Positions 61,257-64,000 of a DNA stretch of 64,000 nucleotides are shown in pieces. A program made the translations under genes and the position numbers. The DNA is from Promethearchaeota archaeon (GTDB taxonomy: Archaea > Asgardarchaeota > Lokiarchaeia > Sigyniarchaeales > SOKP01). The notes beneath the pieces are model-generated. The model was not told the DNA's origin and did not search any database. It saw only the letters and a list, made by a program, of their open reading frames with translations. Positions within the stretch are counted from its first letter, which is position 1; each line of letters begins with the position of its first letter. The stretch is from contig JAHPZE010000013.1 in the NCBI GenBank assembly GCA_019058365.1, positions 32,001 through 96,000 of the forward strand, read 5' to 3'.

Positions 61257-62597
61257 TTAGCTAATTTCTTTAGAAATTTTAGGATATTTTTTTATGAAAT
61301 CATCTAGATCCATAAAAATTAAGTTATTAGCTGTCTCAAAATTATGAATTTTTCTATATTTTGCTTGAAGTCTTTTTGACATTTTGCGTCTATACTTTTC
61401 TTCATCTTTTACTTCTCTTTTTGGGGAAATTTCCTCGGAAAATTCATCATCTTCTTCGATTCTTTTTAAATGATATAAGTCTAGAGCTTTTTTATAAGTA
61501 TGAATCCCATAATTAGTACAGATACTGCAATTGCATTGAAATTCGGCATTTAAATCACCTTTTGAGAGATCTATATCATTTTTATGCTTTATATCTTTCG
61601 GATCTAAAATATTTCTTGTTCTTTTTGGTTTAGCGTATCTCCGAATATTAATATTATACCCTGAATATGCATCTTCGCGAAAAATAATCGAGACACTACT
61701 TAATTCTTTTTTATATTTCTGAAGTTGTTTTAATCCAACATATTTAATGAGAACATGATACTTTTTGCTCAATTCACCTATAATATTAAAATATAATTGT
61801 TCATTTTCCCTTGTACTATAAAGTTCATTAGAATCAATTACCCATATCAATATTTTTTTAAAATTCGTTAAATAATTTAATTGGGTTCTATAAAACTGAT
61901 TCATTTCCCTTACATCTTTAGTCATTACAGTTAAAGGATATATGAGTTCTTCTCTTCTACTATTTCTACAAAAATTAACAAGGTGATTATTTATTTTGGT
62001 TATTGAATCTTGAATAGGTTTAAAATAAGGATCTTTTAATTCTTCAATTTTGTAATTCGCAATTAAAGGTACTTCAAGTCCAAGAATATTTGTTTTACTT
62101 CGATTAGATTGAGTCATAAATCGCTCTATCCCTTCAAATTCTAAATACTTTTTGGCTTTAGAATAATATTCTAGAATTTCTCTAAAGTAAGTCAAACAGT
62201 ATTTCTTATTTTCCAGCTTTTTTATTTCTTTTATTTTTTCTTCGTTATTCTTCAAAATTGAATTAAAAAATTCTTTTTCTTCTTCAAATTTCTTTTCAGA
62301 TATAAGATTTTTTCTCAGTTTTTCTTCAAGTCCTCTTAAAGTTAATTTATTTAAACTAGGTGAGTGATAATCAGGTCTATTAAATCTTTTATTAAAATCG
62401 TAAGTTAAGATTATATTTTTCTTCAGAGACTTTACAGTATTGAGATAATTTGTAGATTTTTTACTAAAAGCTGTTTTTTTTTTATTTAATTGAATATTAT
62501 CTAAAAATAAGTAAAATCCCTTACAATTACTATGAGAAAAGCTATCATTTAAATCTGCTAGATCTGTTGGTGAGTTTAATCTATAAAAAATATCCAT
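61257..62597 (-). CDS. Divergent tRNA-guanine-transglycosylase-like (TIM-barrel, Zn) protein
   Basis: C-terminal CNCSIC ... IHN matches the TGT-type Zn site (CxCxxC...H). Catalytic Asp motifs are not recognisable. Confidence 0.45.
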   Translation of the reverse strand: MDIFYRLNSPTDLADLNDSFSHSNCKGFYLFLDNIQLNKKKTAFSKKSTNYLNTVKSLKKNIILTYDFNKRFNRPDYHSPSLNKLTLRGLEEKLRKNLISEKKFEEEKEFFNSILKNNEEKIKEIKKLENKKYCLTYFREILEYYSKAKKYLEFEGIERFMTQSNRSKTNILGLEVPLIANYKIEELKDPYFKPIQDSITKINNHLVNFCRNSRREELIYPLTVMTKDVREMNQFYRTQLNYLTNFKKILIWVIDSNELYSTRENEQLYFNIIGELSKKYHVLIKYVGLKQLQKYKKELSSVSIIFREDAYSGYNINIRRYAKPKRTRNILDPKDIKHKNDIDLSKGDLNAEFQCNCSICTNYGIHTYKKALDLYHLKRIEEDDEFSEEISPKREVKDEEKYRRKMSKRLQAKYRKIHNFETANNLIFMDLDDFIKKYPKISKEIS

Positions 62598-62640
62598 TTT
62601 TGTATTTATTTTTTTTTAATATTAATGTATTTTTGTTAAT

Positions 62641-63081
62641 TTAAGAATAAGGTGTTAAACAATATTTTAGTGTTTTTGGATACATATTTCGTATTTTTTC
62701 ATAGATACATTGATATTTGCTATAGTTTAACAAATTATTTTTTTTCGGTAGAATTTTTTGTGCATAATCATCATCATAAATTATTATTAAACCAATACCA
62801 TATTTAGCAAACTCCTCGATATTTACATTTTTCTCAAACTTATAATATAACGCTAATGAATTATAAGGAACTAATATTCTATTTCCTAAACATTGCTTCA
62901 AACCTAGTTTCCAATTACTAATCTTAAATTCTATTCCATGGAAAGGGTATTTTGATTCAAAATTAATTTCAATGATGTCTATTTTTTTCTGTCGGTATCC
63001 TTTTTCTCTTACGATGATATAATTTGATTCTTCCTTATTTCTTATTTCGAAGTAGTTGTTAACTAAATCTGTTTCTTTCAT
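62641..63081 (-). CDS. Small PD-(D/E)xK nuclease-fold protein
   Basis: MKETDL...VRE...IDII...GIEFKISNWKLGLKQ...GIGLI. Confidence 0.75.
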   Translation of the reverse strand: MKETDLVNNYFEIRNKEESNYIIVREKGYRQKKIDIIEINFESKYPFHGIEFKISNWKLGLKQCLGNRILVPYNSLALYYKFEKNVNIEEFAKYGIGLIIIYDDDYAQKILPKKNNLLNYSKYQCIYEKIRNMYPKTLKYCLTPYS

Positions 63082-63479
63082 TAAATATATATATAATTTT
63101 ATTTTATTTAATATTCTGTTGAATTTTTTATGAATATTTTTTCCTTAGATGTATATCAATCTTTAAAAGCAAGTTTGAGGATATCACTCCAATTGTTAAT
63201 TCTAAAAAGCTTCCATCTTCCAAGTCTATTATTAATGTAGATCCCTTTTATTATTGAAACCGGAGATTAAGCATTATGAATTGAAGAATATATTCCTTAA
63301 AAAAAAAAAATTCAAGACCTTGGTAAAATTAGTGAAAAAACGATTGCCACAAACAATTCAATTGGTGATTTTGAATTGGAAATTCGGGAATTTATCGAAA
63401 AAAAACAACTTAGAGAGAGATCAATTTTTTCTTGAATCATCTTATAATAAAAATCTAATGAACAACAGATGTTTATCAT

Positions 63480-63600
63480 TCCTAGTTTAACATGATAATC
63501 ATAAGAGCAACTGATAAGATAATTCCCTTTTGGCGAAAATTTAACATTATTTACATAACCCCATCCTTCCCCATTTTTCCAGAATAGAGTTTGTAAGAGC
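63480..63600 (-). pseudogene. Degraded WD40-repeat gene fragment
   Basis: Minus frame LLQTLFWKNGEGWGYVNNVKFSPKGNYLISCSYDYHVKL; flanking frames are broken. Confidence 0.45.
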
Positions 63601-64000
63601 TTAGATGACTTTTACATATCTAAATGTTCTTTACAAATCGTCTACAGAAGACTTATTTTAAATGTCAAGCTTCCATCAGCTTCATAACAGGTATCAAATC
63701 TCTCTGTTTGGTCACCCATTAAATATTCATAATATTCTGTTTCATATCATCCACATGGGACTTTATTTGAAGTTCAAAATCCATCATAAAATCCATCATA
63801 AATCTTTAGATAAATTTATTGAAATAATACAAAATGATAATTTAAACAATATCTAAACCGTTTCTATTATAATTAATAAGATATTTCTAAAAATTATATT
63901 ATTAAATTTTATAAATGCTTTTTAATATATATTTAAAATTTATGTATATTTTTATAAATTTATTTTTTTATAATATAGATTTATATTAATAATATAATAC

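Larger units (their letters stand above)
6650..64000. mobile_element. Defence island / probable integrated element (right boundary not seen)
   Basis: Starts at the truncated GTPase gene; dense in defence genes, pseudogene fragments and small MGE-like ORFs. No integrase is visible in the window. Confidence 0.55.

Noticed and set aside
63254-63856. Two + strand ORFs (78 and 64 aa)
   Set aside because: They lie opposite or next to decayed minus-strand coding remnants (WD40-like) and have no motifs.
1-64000. tRNA/rRNA genes, integrase or transposase
   Set aside because: No GC-rich structured RNA gene and no recombinase or transposase motif was recognised by eye.

Overview
Very AT-rich archaeal DNA, most likely an Asgard archaeon (Lokiarchaeia-like). 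That assignment is an inference from a Loki-type 'EEEF.GHCSNLQ.W.E..Y...LLH.NLAFPLL' domain protein, an mfnE/mfnF-like pair, a HEAT/PCI protein and archaeal GGAGG/GGTGA ribosome-binding sites. Bases 1-6650 look like core genome: a HEAT-repeat protein, a MaoC dehydratase pair, and mfnE- and mfnF-like genes. At ~6650 an orphan 3' fragment of a NOG1-family GTPase gene marks the probable left edge of a defence island that appears to run past the window end. In order, the island carries: a 1080-aa unknown protein next to an orphan type I-E-like CRISPR array (11 repeats, no cas genes in the window); AbiEi and restriction-TRD remnants; a WYL gene and an OLD-family nuclease; a divergent AAA/wHTH pair; a long prokaryotic Argonaute (atypical DEDQ tetrad) followed by nurA-herA-mre11-rad50; a complete type 1 BREX system; a large HEPN-like/helical protein; a wHTH-TPR protein followed by a second mini CRISPR array sharing a 46-bp trailer with the first; a truncated DUF499 gene; and an uncharacterised four-gene operon (PD-(D/E)xK, TGT-like Zn protein, SocA/Panacea-like, PIN). 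A 1388-aa nuclease-like gene sits between ago and nurA inside a 127-bp direct repeat that duplicates the nurA 5' end, which implies ago and nurA were ancestrally adjacent. The best candidate for a new system is Argonaute coupled to its own NurA-HerA-Mre11-Rad50 DNA end-resection machine. All calls come from reading motifs by eye; no database searches were run.
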